Part shown: in pieces, positions 9,995-21,559 of the stretch
How positions within the stretch are numbered: the stretch's first letter is position 1
Layout: each line of letters begins with the position of its first letter
Source: Octopus bimaculoides
Taxonomy: Eukaryota
NCBI RefSeq assembly: GCF_001194135.2
Contig: NC_068986.1
Span: 2,856,663-2,895,504, forward strand
Direction of reading: 5' to 3'
Length of the DNA: 38,842 bases
Notes under the pieces: model-generated
What the model was told of the DNA's origin: nothing
Database searches by the model: none
The model's input: only the letters and a program-made list of their open reading frames with translations
Made by a program: the position numbers and the translations under genes

Positions 9995-10361
9995 TGAAAT
10001 ACAAAAGATGCGGCCTCTTAAAGCAAGAACTCTTCCTGTTATTGTGGATGTCCTAGGTATGATAAAAAAGGGTTCTCAGAAACATTTAGATAATATCCCA
10101 GGAGAACCATGTCTCAGAGAAATCCAAAAGATTGTGCTGCCAAGTACTGCCCACATCCTTAGGAAAACCCTATCAATTTAAATGCCTGTGATGTATTAAA
10201 TGAAGATATTCCGCTACTGCCCCTGCCACTTTCCCCTCCATAAGCTTTCAGTCATACTGTAACATCTCTTATCCTTCACTCACCCTAGGACGGTGGGTGT
10301 GTCTCGGCGAGTGTTTGTAACAAACATGCAGATTATAAGTATATAATAATAATAATAATAA
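9995..10361 (+). mobile_element. R4/Dong-clade (REL-endonuclease) non-LTR retrotransposon 3' end
   Basis: EIQKMRPLKARTLPVIVDVLGMIKKGSQKHLDNIPGEPCLREIQKIVLPSTAHILRKTLSI* matches the R4-type terminus (PVVIGALG...IQKxxLLGTAHILRK); the 3' UTR ends in (AAT)n. Confidence 0.8.
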
Positions 10362-10576
10362 TCTTTTCTACTCTATGCACAAGGCCCGAAATTTTGGGTG
10401 AGGATGTAATCGATTACAACGACCCCAGTTCGCAACTGGTACTTAATTTATCGACCCCGAAAGGATGAAAGGCAAAGTTGACTTCGGCGAAATTTGAACT
10501 CAGAACGTAAAGACAGACGAAATACCGCTAAGCATTTCGTCCGACGTGCTAACGATTCGGCCAGCTGGCCGCCTTA
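10362..10576 (-). mobile_element. SINE family A copy
   Basis: Full-length, highly similar to 8754-8966. Confidence 0.85.
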
Positions 10577-11210
10577 CTGCTACAACAACAACAGCAACTA
10601 CTACTACTACTACTACTACTACTGATGATGATGATGATAAATGGTATGGTTCTTGGTCTAATATTATTATTGTTAAATCATGCTAAACACCATTGCTCTT
10701 AATGCAGACTGTTTCGTGTGAAATGTGAATATCTGTCCTAGTGAGCGTCTTGAGAAACACAAACTCAACTCAAGTCTCAGCCATTTCATTTAATATATTC
10801 TTCGTACCTGCGATTTCTAATCGTGGTCAATAGATTAGAAAGGAATGACATCTTATTTTCTCTCAATAAATTGGACGAAACAAAATCCATTGATGCTTAC
10901 GTGACATTAAAACGTTCACCAGAGGAGATTAAATTGATAGTTCCACCGCTCGATGAAAATTGTGTCTTATGGGATATTTCATTTTGGTATACGACAAATT
11001 TAATAACTATCCTCCATCAAAATTTGTTGTTTCCTATCAATTCTTCCAAATAGAGAATATTCAATTTAATCTATGAGCCCTAAGACTTGATGAAAGAATG
11101 AGACTTCCCGAGCAATTTCTAGATTCCATCACCAGATTTGCCAACAAACTGTAACAGGAATATCGTATTTCCAAATCTGGTCATATATTATTTTACTGTT
11201 TCACATTTTA

Positions 11211-11430
11211 AGGCGGTGAGTTGGCAGAGTTCTTAGCGTCTTGGACAAAGTACTTTGCGGCATTTCTTCCGGCTTTGTGTTCTGAATTCAAATGTCCACG
11301 AGGCCAACTTTGTCTTTCACCCCTTTCGGGATCGATAAAATAAAGTACCAGTCAAGTAGTGGGATCGATATAATCGCCTAGTCCCCTACTTACAAAAATT
11401 CAGGCCTTGTGCCTATAGTGGAAATAATTA
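11211..11430 (+). mobile_element. SINE family A copy
   Basis: Colinear head, ttcggggtcgataaa core and gtgccta tail. Confidence 0.8.
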
Positions 11431-11719
11431 TTGTTAATCTGGTAGGGATTACTAATGAATTCAATGTTATTTGCCCCTAAGTTTTCTGTTTCTCTCTGGA
11501 GCGATAATATCTTTCTGTTACAGTCTACATATGTAACGCATAACTATGAAATAGAACCTGATTAATAAACTTAGGAAAAGATTCGAAAACGTTATCTGTA
11601 ATAGATATTTACATTATTATCATTTATATTATTAATAAGATAACTGACTGGAAAAGTAATTATTTATATCAAGCGTGATTATACAAACATGCATACATAC
11701 TTACGTACATACACACAGA

Positions 11720-11747
11720 GCATGTGTGTATGCGTGCGTGCGTGTGT

Positions 11748-11806
<59 letters not shown>
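11720..11806. repeat. (TG)n microsatellite
   Basis: Direct reading; similar tracts at 12148-12200, 20905-20945, 37118-37173 and 37745-37790. Confidence 0.95.
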
Positions 11807-11808
<2 letters not shown>

Positions 11809-12146
11809 CATGATGTGTGCGTGTTTGATTAGTACTATACTATACTTAATAGTATTACTGATTATGATATACAGAACAAATGTTGGATAAATTACAATAA
11901 ACACAAGTTTATATAATTTGTACCCTACTAACGTTTCACTGTTGTGATTGTTTTGGAACCTTTGCATAAGATGTTTAACGATAACGAATCGTCAGGGGAA
12001 CGCTTTATTTCATTCTGTTACAGGCATCGGATGTCTAAGACAATTGCCCTTGAGATATCAAAAGCAGAGGTTCCAAACAACCACAATGTTGAAAAACGTT
12101 CGAGGAGAACAAACGATATAAATTTGTGTTTATTATAATTTCTCCT

Positions 12147-12202
<56 letters not shown>

Positions 12203-12971
12203 TTAAGCCACAGCTCAGTGGGACGGCTACTGTATTTCGCTTAGTTGTATTCTGGATTCAAATCCAACCATTTATAGTTTCCTCAAACATCAAAGTTAGG
12301 ATGTTGCAAAGAGTATTAGGATTTCCTAGTGTCACAATCGTATCATAGCAGAATACCATAGATAGATTATGCTTTCGACTTCGTCCCATACATAAGGTTT
12401 TTAAAAGTGTTTGTTGTCTATATTATTCTTTCAACACTTTTCAACATTGTTGTTAACATAGTCACAATGGAAATGCAAAGAGAAATGAAACAATATTTTT
12501 TAATAGAAAGTTGTATGTGGCTGTTTCTAGAGCACGTTCACTTCTTTTTTTATCATGAAGATAAAAATAATATATAACGACTCACAAGATAAAAGATCCT
12601 ACAAGTGTATATATAACAAAGAATATAGTTTTTAAATTGTTGCTTCCTAACACTTCATTTCAGTATTACATGAGAACTTACTTCCTTTCGAGGGCCAAAT
12701 GCTTAAAAAAAAGGTGGAAAGAAGGAAAGAAATTTATGGAATTTATGTTTTTCTGCAACGTTCGACGGATTTTGCTAGTTAGCATAACTCGCGTTTCCTT
12801 TCTACAACGAAACTTGACTTTCGTACTCCTCAAATTATCAATGATACGATCTCCCTACGCGGGCGCGAAGCCTAAAATTATAGAGGAAAGATTTAAGGTG
12901 TTGTGGCATTCATGCCAGCCCGAAGATATTTACGAAAGTGATTGCGATTAGAAAAAAAAATTTATATTTAC

Positions 12972-13020
12972 CGGGGGAGATTGCAACAGTGCTTAAGATG
13001 AAAAGGAGTGGAATCATCAT
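12972..13020 (-). CDS. Second candidate signal-peptide first exon (MMIPLLFILSTVAISP)
   Basis: ATG ATG at 13020, hydrophobic core, good phase-1 donor CCG|GTAAAT compatible with exons A and B; could instead belong to another gene. Confidence 0.35.
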
Positions 13021-13143
13021 GATTGCTTCTTGCTTGCGTTGCAAGTGGTTTTGCTCTCTGGTGAAGACCTGTTTTTATAAGACTGTTCGAACAGCTGAAA
13101 CCATCATCGTCGTCCTTTTCCTCCTCATCATCATTGACCCACA

Positions 13144-13186
<43 letters not shown>

Positions 13187-14559
13187 TCAAATATTTAAGA
13201 GTTTGTGGCCTTAGATAAAAAGTATAAAGCAAGAAACCAATAACCTAGCTATAATAGATATATAAAGAGGTTTGCAGATTGAAGAATTATGTGAAGTCAC
13301 AACTGTTCAGTATAACGAAATAGATTCTCTTGTCATTTGTTTATTAAATGGTAGCTATGAAAGAATTTGTATTGCTATTTAAACGAAATGTTTCGTTGAT
13401 CAGATCAATGCATATACACATTATCTGATTATCGACAAATATGTTCATTTTTTTTCCCCCGTATTCTTTCTTCCTTTTATTTCCCAATTTCTTTCTCTTC
13501 TTTTATTTTTTTACGTTTCTTTAAGAATTAGTTCTGAATGCATGCGGGATTTTTTTTTCAAGAGATTATTTCGCCTTAAAACTTGTTTAAAATAGCAACA
13601 GCTGTCAATTATATTTATATTATTTTTTACACTTTTTCGCTTAGTTTGCGACCAAGGTGATAAAACTTTTTCCATCCTCTTGATCCTCAGGCAAAGAGCA
13701 AGACTGCAAAATCATTCGATTTTGCAGTCTTAACACCAATTAAACTTACCACACTCTGCTGCCAACGCAGAGCTTCAACAGTTTCCTTGGATTTCATGTC
13801 TTACTTTTTTACAATTTTATGAGAATCTTATGAGGATAAACCCAAATTGATTTTTAACCCACCTTTTAATCTCTTACCGTGCAGATGTTTCTATTTAAAC
13901 AGCTATACTTTTATTAAATATGAAGTAGATATATAATCGATGAAGCCTTCTCTGGGTAATTCAAAAGTTTGAGGTGAAGGATTACTGATAGACATAAAAA
14001 AAAAAACTGCATGGTATTTCTTTTGGCGACTTCAACAGCTAGGTTATTTAGTCCAACAACAGCTAAGTGACATGACACATTCATGAGACGAAAAACGGAC
14101 CGCTATACTTTTGTCCAATACTAAAATATCATAACCAACATAAATATCTGCAATTCACTCGACTTAATTCACCGTCGCCTGATTTAATATCACCAATTGA
14201 GGCTGGAATGTTTTTCGCAGAGTCTACTCTATTGCAAGCCTCGGGCTAAGGCTTCTATCTGAAGACAACTTCCTGCTTCCTCTCATCAGTCACAGACACC
14301 CTGAAAAAGGCCCGTACGAGACAATTTTTTTTAGTACGAAGAGAAACATAAATGGTAATGATTGATATGGCTAAACTTGATAACTTGGTTTTGCAACAGC
14401 GAATTCAGTGTCTCATTGTTCTGAATTCAAATCTTACATAGGCAGAATTAATCATGATTTCAATACTATTTTTACACGAATTGAATTAGAACAGAGGGTG
14501 AAAAAAAAAAATGGTTATTATTTATTCATCTTCTAATAGAATCCAAAAAATAGCGTTTG

Positions 14560-14765
14560 TTCCCCATCACCATTTCACAACCGGTGTTCATTTGGTCATG
14601 TCCCAGTAACTTAGTGGTTTCGCAAACAGAGAACGATGGAATAAGCACCACGCTCAAACGAAAAAAAGTACGGGAGTCGATTTGCTCGGCTCTTCAAGGT
14701 GGTGCCTTAGTATGGCTGCAGTCCAATAAATGAAACAATTTAAAGATTAAAGATAAAAGAAAAAG
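14560..14765 (+). mobile_element. SINE family B 3' half
   Basis: acaaccggtgttcatttgg...gtaacttagtggtttcgc...caaggtggtgccttagtatggctgcagtcc. Confidence 0.7.
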
Positions 14766-14852
14766 TTTCTGTTTTTCTGAAAGTAAAACAGAAGCATAAT
14801 TTTTTCTAGTGGTTGTGGAGCAATCCATTAAAACACAATATTATTCACTTTG

Positions 14853-14927
14853 TAAGGCGTCGAGGTGGCAGAAACGTTAGCACGCCGGGCGAAAAGCTTA
14901 GCAGTATTTCGTCTGTCTTTACGTTCT
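14853..14927 (+). mobile_element. SINE family A head only
   Basis: ggtggcagaaacgttagcacgccgggcgaaaagcttagcagtatttcgtctgtctttacgttct, then truncated. Confidence 0.75.
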
Positions 14928-15009
14928 ATACGTACAGCCTTGGCCAAAGTATTAGGCCACCTCAATGTTTTGGGGTTCTGCTTTCTCGATGTTAATGAAA
15001 CTCGTGCAC

Positions 15010-15552
15010 NNNNNNNNNNNNNNNNNNNNNNNNNNNNNNNNNNNNNNNNNNNNNNNNNNNNNNNNNNNNNNNNNNNNNNNNNNNNNNNNNNNNNNNNNNN
15101 NNNNNNNNNNNNNNNNNNNNNNNNNNNNNNNNNNNNNNNNNNNNNNNNNNNNNNNNNNNNNNNNNNNNNNNNNNNNNNNNNNNNNNNNNNNNNNNNNNNN
15201 NNNNNNNNNNNNNNNNNNNNNNNNNNNNNNNNNNNNNNNNNNNNNNNNNNNNNNNNNNNNNNNNNNNNNNNNNNNNNNNNNNNNNNNNNNNNNNNNNNNN
15301 NNNNNNNNNNNNNNNNNNNNNNNNNNNNNNNNNNNNNNNNNNNNNNNNNNNNNNNNNNNNNNNNNNNNNNNNNNNNNNNNNNNNNNNNNNNNNNNNNNNN
15401 NNNNNNNNNNNNNNNNNNNNNNNNNNNNNNNNNNNNNNNNNNNNNNNNNNNNNNNNNNNNNNNNNNNNNNNNNNNNNNNNNNNNNNNNNNNNNNNNNNNN
15501 NNNNNNNNNNNNNNNNNNNNNNNNNNNNNNNNNNNNNNNNNNNNNNNNNNNN
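15010..15552. other. Assembly gap (N); other gaps at 19575-19584, 31272-31582, 32571-32765, 37174-37515
   Basis: Runs of N; ORFs spanning them are artefacts. Confidence 0.99.
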
Positions 15553-15863
15553 TCTATTTCAAAACGGGGGCACCAGTTTTCATTTATGTTTTATGTAGTG
15601 TTTTTGGTACCGAAAGACTTTCAAACTTCGTATACTTATCTATTTTGTGTTATAGAACAGAAAAAAATTTTTGTATTCGAATTTATTTCATGTAAAAAAT
15701 TGTCTTATTTCGATAATTTCTACTAATTAGGTTTTTTTGTTAAGAAGACTAAGAGTAAAAGATGTTTTATATGACACATTCTACCAGTTTCCCAAGTTTC
15801 AAAGTGTTTCGTTAGTGTTTCGTTAAGAAAATAATGGTGCCCCCGTTTTGAAATAGATCCCTA
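15553..15863. mobile_element. hAT-like MITE
   Basis: Perfect 23-bp inverted repeats TCTATTTCAAAACGGGGGCACCA at 15553-15575 and 15835-15857. The right end continues tcccta (reverse complement TAGGGA, hAT-like); the left end runs into the N gap. Confidence 0.75.
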
Positions 15864-16332
15864 AGACCCTTCAAGGCAGCGCCCCAACATGGCCGTAGTC
15901 AAATGACTGCCATTGTCTCTGTTGCTGCTGTTAGTGCCGCTGGTACTGCCAGCCATCGCCATTGCTGCCGCCTCTGCCCCTGTCACTGTCTTCTCTGCCT
16001 CCACCGCTCTTCCTGTCGCTGACAATGATGATAACGACGACGTTATCAAGGACAACAGAAATAAACTTTAGTCCTTACATAAACAACATTACACAACATA
16101 TTACATTACAAACACACATGCACATGCACGCACGCACACACACACACGTGCTTATAAATGCATTGATAATCCTCGATAGTCAAATTATATTGAAATACAC
16201 TCTTAACGTAATCTTATCTTTCGAGTGTTGTCGACTTCTAATCAAAATAACAAAAACTACTCTGAATTAAAAGCTGTATTACACTTTCACCTTTCTTCTA
16301 CTTTATCTTCTACACTACTGGTATCAGTAACA

Positions 16333-17200
16333 TTCTCAACCACATGGTTCTGAGTTCAGTCCCACTGCATGGCACCTTGGGCTAGTGTCTTCTGCTGTAG
16401 CCTTGAGCTAACCAAAGCCTTGTGAGTGGATTTGGTAGATGGAAACTGAAAGAATCCCGTCATATGTATATATGATGTATTGGATGGCGAACAAAAGTGT
16501 GGAGTGGAATGAAAGCGTTTGAAGAGGCCAGTATAACGCAAGCAAGACTCAAAAGAGATCTAAGGAAGAATGTTAAGATCGAGAAGATGAATGAAAATGA
16601 CCCTTTTGTGTGCACAGTTTGTGACAGACCATGCCTGTCTTTTGCTGGGTTCAAATCTCATTTGGCAACGCATGGAAAACGAACCTCCACCAACTATTCT
16701 GCCTATATGCCTGTGCGCACCTTTGAATGCAATGTATGCCAGAGGGTCTGCAAATCTAACAAATGCCTCAAGAGACAAAGAGCAGAACTTATCTGCAACT
16801 CTTGGTGGTCCAAATCAGAGGTGCAATCTATGTGGGTGTCTTTCCAGAACATTGTCTGGTTTAAAAAGCCACATCAGATGTGATGATGGTTCTAAGGAGT
16901 AGGTACAGGAGGGGGTCAAACTCTGCATAAGGAGTAGACAATCACCATGTATGTATGTATATATCTGTACGTGTGTGTGTGTGTGTGTGTCTGTATTTGT
17001 TTCCCCCACCATCACTACTTGACAACTGGTGTTGGTGTGTTTACACTCCCGTAACCTAGTGATTCGGCAACAAAGGCCAATAGAATAAGTACTAGACTTT
17101 AAAAATAAGTTTTTGGGTCGTTTTGTTTGACTAAAATCCTTCAAGGAGGTGCTTAAGCATGGCTGCAGTCAAATGACTGAAACAAATAAAAGAATAAACA
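16333..17200 (+). mobile_element. SINE family B split by the RTE zinc-finger insertion
   Basis: 5' half at 16333-16476 and 3' half at about 16947-17200 flank the RTE fragment. Confidence 0.8.
16478..16946 (+). mobile_element. RTE-clade LINE 3' end with three C2H2-like zinc fingers
   Basis: GWRTKVWSGMKAFEEASITQARLKRDLRK is the RTE C-terminal WR..V..G...FE...KR..RK motif. It is followed by CTVCDRPCLSFAGFKSHLATH, CNVCQRVCKSNKCLKR and, after a frameshift, CNLCGCLSRTLSGLKSHIRC; stop at 16900-16902; (ATGT)n tail. Confidence 0.8.
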
Positions 17201-17325
17201 TGTATATGTGTGTGTGTGTGCATGTATTTACTTATACTGGTGTAAAACGGTACATTTGTTACACACACACACACAAAAAAAAAAAAACAGTACAAACTTA
17301 ATTATGGATCAATATTGGTGCAAAC

Positions 17326-17485
17326 ATGGCTGTGTGGTTAAGAAGCTTTGGTTTGGGGTTCGGTCCTACTACACGGTACCTTGGGCAAGAGTTTTCAACT
17401 ATAGCCCTGGGCCAACCAATGGATTGTGAGGGAATTTGGTAAATGGAAACCGTGTGGTAATGTGTTGTGTATGTATATATATATC
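17326..17485 (+). mobile_element. SINE family B 5' half
   Basis: catggctgtgtggttaagaagc...ccttgggcaagag...ggaaac. Confidence 0.75.
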
Positions 17486-17521
17486 CCACTCTCTGTCTTC
17501 CCTTCTTTGAACTTTTCCTAT

Positions 17522-17556
17522 ATTTCTGACGAAGAGCTCCGCTCGAAACGTTAAAT
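17522..17556 (+). ncRNA. Minimal type I hammerhead ribozyme motif (Penelope-type)
   Basis: ATTT-CTGACGA-A-GAGC-TCC-GCTC-GAAA-CG-TT-AAAT: complete core, helix II GAGC/GCTC, palindromic AACGTT helix III, helix I ATTT/AAAT, predicted GUU cleavage after 17552. Confidence 0.7.
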
Positions 17557-18399
17557 CCTCTTTCTTTTCTTTCCATGTCCTTGCATTGTTGTTTTATCGT
17601 GTTTTTTCTTGCTTATTTATATATATCGTTGGTTCAAGTCAATGCACTAGACAGCCATTATGCACCCATACAAAAAACGCTCCCACGTTGACTATGTTGA
17701 CACCAGTAAGGAACAATTATGAACTTTTCTTTTAATTACATCTTTTGAAATATGTATTTTTGATAAAGTTCGTTTTTTCAAGAACCGAAACATGTTAAAT
17801 ATCTCTGAGAAAATTATAAATTAAAATTCATTTTATATAGTGGCGTTTTCAAACTTCTTTTTTATAAATATATACCCACTCATATGCCACCTACACTTTT
17901 TATCTATCTATATATCTATATATATATATCCAGTGGATAACTTATACTCCTATTACAACAGAAACACATATAGCTGTCTTTTTGTCTCTAGAACAACCAT
18001 TTTCCTTAATACCATGCCAGTTCTGTTTAACTTTTGGTTTTTGAGATATTTTCCCTTCTCTGGCACAAGTGGTCACATCAGCCACCAGGTGTTTGCTTAC
18101 TTTCTCTCAAAGTGGAGATATTGTTGAAAAAATCATGAAATTATCTTGTATGATATTTAATGTACCTTTATTCATTTTTGTTGCACAAATTCATGCTACT
18201 AATCACATAGAATCCTTTTTCTGAGGTCACTTTTGTGACATATATGAAATATTCAATCGTCTAAATAAATCACAAGATTAATGAATAAAGACTGGTATAT
18301 CTTTTGTGATCATTTGGTAGGTTGCATTCAATGGCAAACAGGTTGATGCATCATTGGTAATCCCATTAAACACTTTGTACATGTATAGTTTTGTACATA

Positions 18400-18870
18400 A
18401 AAACACAATTTTGCTATACACAGTTGATATCCTTGAATGTAAAAAAGAAGAAAAAGACTGGGTATTTAACTGACTTCTATCCTCCCAGAGGTGTTGTCTT
18501 CTTGCTCAGCATGTCTACTTGTACTACAATAATGTCTGGTCTTGTTCTTGGCTACTATCATGCTACCTCATTCAAGCACTACCCTCTCCTCTCATTGTCC
18601 CTTGTATTGTATCCCTGGCCTCTACTAAGCACTCCCTCCTTGGCCATATTTTTTTCCAACAGCTATCAACTTGCAACAATTTAAGAGGAACATTAACTGC
18701 ATTGCTCTAACCAGTCTAAGAGTTTCTACAAAGACGTTCTGGCCATGGCCTTCTCATCCACTCAGATATTTTTTTATCTCAAATTACATTATCCAATGCA
18801 CCCCAACCCAACATTTTTTAGAAATAAAGATAGGTGTGCTTTGAGGGGTACTTAGCTAGTGATTCTGGAA
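18400..18870 (+). mobile_element. Highly decayed LINE reverse-transcriptase fragment
   Basis: Frame-hopping resemblance to RT motifs (LNVK...PPRGVVFLLS ~ NGLPQGSVLAP; TFLEIKI ~ YLGVTLDR); many disruptions. Confidence 0.35.
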
Positions 18871-19144
18871 GGTTAAATGACGATGTAGAAGCTTAATAGC
18901 TTGCTGTGGAATTCTGATGAGAAGAGATTATGCAAAGTGTTTAATGCTAATGATATAGCAGGAACAGGATAAACTACGAATATTTTGCAGAAAAATGTGT
19001 CGGCAGCCAGCCATGAGACATATTTTTCTGCAAAATATGGGTAGTTTATCCTGTTCATGCTATATTATTAGCATTATCCTGCGTTTGAAAAAATATACAT
19101 ATATTTATTTTTATATATATATATATATTTATTTATTTATATAT

Positions 19145-19296
19145 ATCATCATCATCATCATCATCGTTTAACGTCCGCTTTCCATGCTAGCATGGGTTGG
19201 ACGATTTGACTGAGGACTGGTGAAACCGGATGGCAACACCAGGCTCCAGTCTGATTTGGCAGAGTTTCTACAGCTGGATGCCCTTCCTAACGCCAA
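19145..19296 (-). mobile_element. Family C: RTE-type 3' tail element ending in (GAT)n
   Basis: Minus strand: ttggcgttaggaagggcatccagctgtagaaac...gcatggaaagcggacgttaaacgatgatgatg. Confidence 0.8.
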
Positions 19297-19602
19297 ATGC
19301 GTATATATTTATTTATATATATATATATATGTTTATATGTATTTATAAGTATATATATTTATTTATATATATATATATATTTATAGGTTAGCCACTCCCC
19401 ATACACACATGCACTTACAAAAGACACAGACACATTGAAAGACACGCATGCGTAGACACATACAATAGGAATACAAAATACAAAATGGCTGATATTTAGC
19501 AAGGTGAGACACACATAAGAAGGAAGGAAACAAAGGACCACTGATGAGGTCACAGAAGTGTGACGAAAGAACTCNNNNNNNNNNAAGGAAGGAAACAAAG
19601 GA

Positions 19603-19642
19603 CCACTGATGAGGTCACAGAAGTGTGACGAAAGAACTCTGG
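19603..19642 (+). ncRNA. Minimal type I hammerhead ribozyme motif
   Basis: CCA-CTGATGA-G-GTCACA-GAAG-TGTGAC-GAAA-G-AA-C-TC-TGG: complete core, 6-bp helix II, 2-bp helix III, helix I CCA/TGG, predicted CUC cleavage after 19639. A second copy at 19538-19574 stops at an N gap. Confidence 0.6.
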
Positions 19643-19784
19643 CCGAAATAAGATTAAGATTAATGTAATATAAAGCTGAAGCAAATTAACACCAAATATA
19701 CAGTGCGTGTGTTTTTATTGGCTAAACTGGCAATATGACCATCCCCAAGTACAACAATATATATTTATAGTTATTTATTTATAC

Positions 19785-19821
<37 letters not shown>

Positions 19822-19949
19822 TATATATAAATATGTTTATATATATATATATTTATTTATATGTATATATATTTATATTTCAGTCCCACTTGTGAGTGGA
19901 TGTGGTAGATGGAAACTGAAAGAAACCCACAAAATTATCTACCATCTTT

Positions 19950-20110
19950 CCAACAGCAACCTCGTCACTTTTTTGAACTCCATTTGTCTAAACATTTTTT
20001 CATGCTCAGAATTGCTGAAACATGGAATAAACTACCAGCTGTTGGGACGCTACATCCTTCAAAGCTTCCATGCATCCTGAAATTCACCAACACTACACAT
20101 GGATAACCCT
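19950..20110 (+). mobile_element. CR1/L2-type LINE 3' fragment
   Basis: KHFFMLRIAETWNKLP matches the CR1-group terminal motif FFSxRVVxxWNxLP. Confidence 0.65.
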
Positions 20111-20902
20111 GCCTTTTTCCTTTAACAACTCACTTCCTGTGCATTATTCTATGTGCAGTTCATGTACCTTAGGCTTTTTCACCTGAGCACTGCACACAAT
20201 AAGTTTATTATTATTTTCATACATGCTTGGCATCATGTGATGGTCATAAACGAGAACCACTATCATGTAGGCAATATTGTACATTTCAAGTCTTCCATGG
20301 AAAATGTCTCTGGCTGCGAGAAATATTACGTTGCTTGGAAACAGGAGAGGGATGGTAAGAAAAAAGGCACCCAGCCGTAGAATATCTGCTCAAGTCTGAT
20401 GCAGACAAGCATAAAAATTGGTTATATGTGTGTCCATATATGAATAGATATATACATGGTTATAATTACATATACCGGTGGTTGTATCTCCATAGTTTAG
20501 CATAATTCAAAATTGTATGATAATTAGTGTTGTCTTTTTCTGTGAGCAATAATCATTAAATCTCACTTCTCTCTTCATTAACTGGCCACTTAATTTAGAT
20601 GTGATAGAAATATTTTTGCTATATAGTAGATCATAGAAGTGAGATATTATATATCAATATACACATTTATTCAGATATTTCTTCCTCAAAAATGTTACAC
20701 AAGGTACATAACTCCGCTTTCTTCACTTTGCCAGCAATGTATAATTTAATAATTACATGGTTAGAACTACATAAAAAAAATTGATGTATTTAACATTGGT
20801 ACGAGATGTAAATGCACGAATCTCAATCCATCTCTCTCTGTGTATATATATATATTATATGACTGAAACGAATAAAAGAATGTGTACGTGTATATATATA
20901 TA

Positions 20903-20945
<43 letters not shown>

Positions 20946-21559
20946 GTAATGTGGCAGTCTTGACCGGGGACTGCTACATTATGTTGGCAAACAGTCTTTA
21001 CTTTAAAGTACTGTTACTGAATGTCTCTCGTTGAAAGATTATATATATAATTAGGTTTTAAGATGTAGAAATTATTGTTATAAGCCACCGAAATAATGGA
21101 CAATGTGATCTTGAGTACAAACGTTAGTACAGCCATTATACAGTACAAACAGACTGTCAAGGTAGACAACTCTGTTTTTACCTCAGAATATTTGCCAAGC
21201 GTGTATAGCAAAGACATTCAGGATCATAAAAGAATTTTTTCCCACACGAAACAATAAGCTCTGTCTTTCTTTCTTTGCCGGAACATCATTTCTCTGGAGT
21301 CTCCTCTCTGCTCATGCCTTTCCTTTCCTTCAGGTATTGACTTACAACAGCTTAAACAGAACATTACTCGGGGTTGTATATCCGAGTAATGGGAAAGTAG
21401 TAGGTCGAATTAGATGCTAGAATTACAGGCACTGGTACAGCAATCCACCCACTCCAGCATTGATTTCTCTGAAGAGGAGAGAATGGTAAAAAAAAAAAAA
21501 AAGAAGTTATCTTCAATTCTGTTTACGTCTCTGTCCTCACCTAAGGACATGAATGTTAG

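Noticed and set aside
10823-11053. 76-aa ORF as RT fragment or exon
   Set aside because: No diagnostic motif; minus-strand frames are closed.
14865-15726. Long ORFs here and at 31222-31692, 32448-32854 and 36999-37634
   Set aside because: They are open only because they cross N gaps.
16497-16902. Host C2H2 zinc-finger gene
   Set aside because: No TGEKP linkers, has a frameshift, carries the RTE WR..FE..KR..RK motif upstream, has a microsatellite tail and is nested in a SINE.
19520-19639. CRISPR-like repeat
   Set aside because: Only two copies separated by an N gap in a eukaryotic genome; treated as a hammerhead duplicate or assembly overlap.
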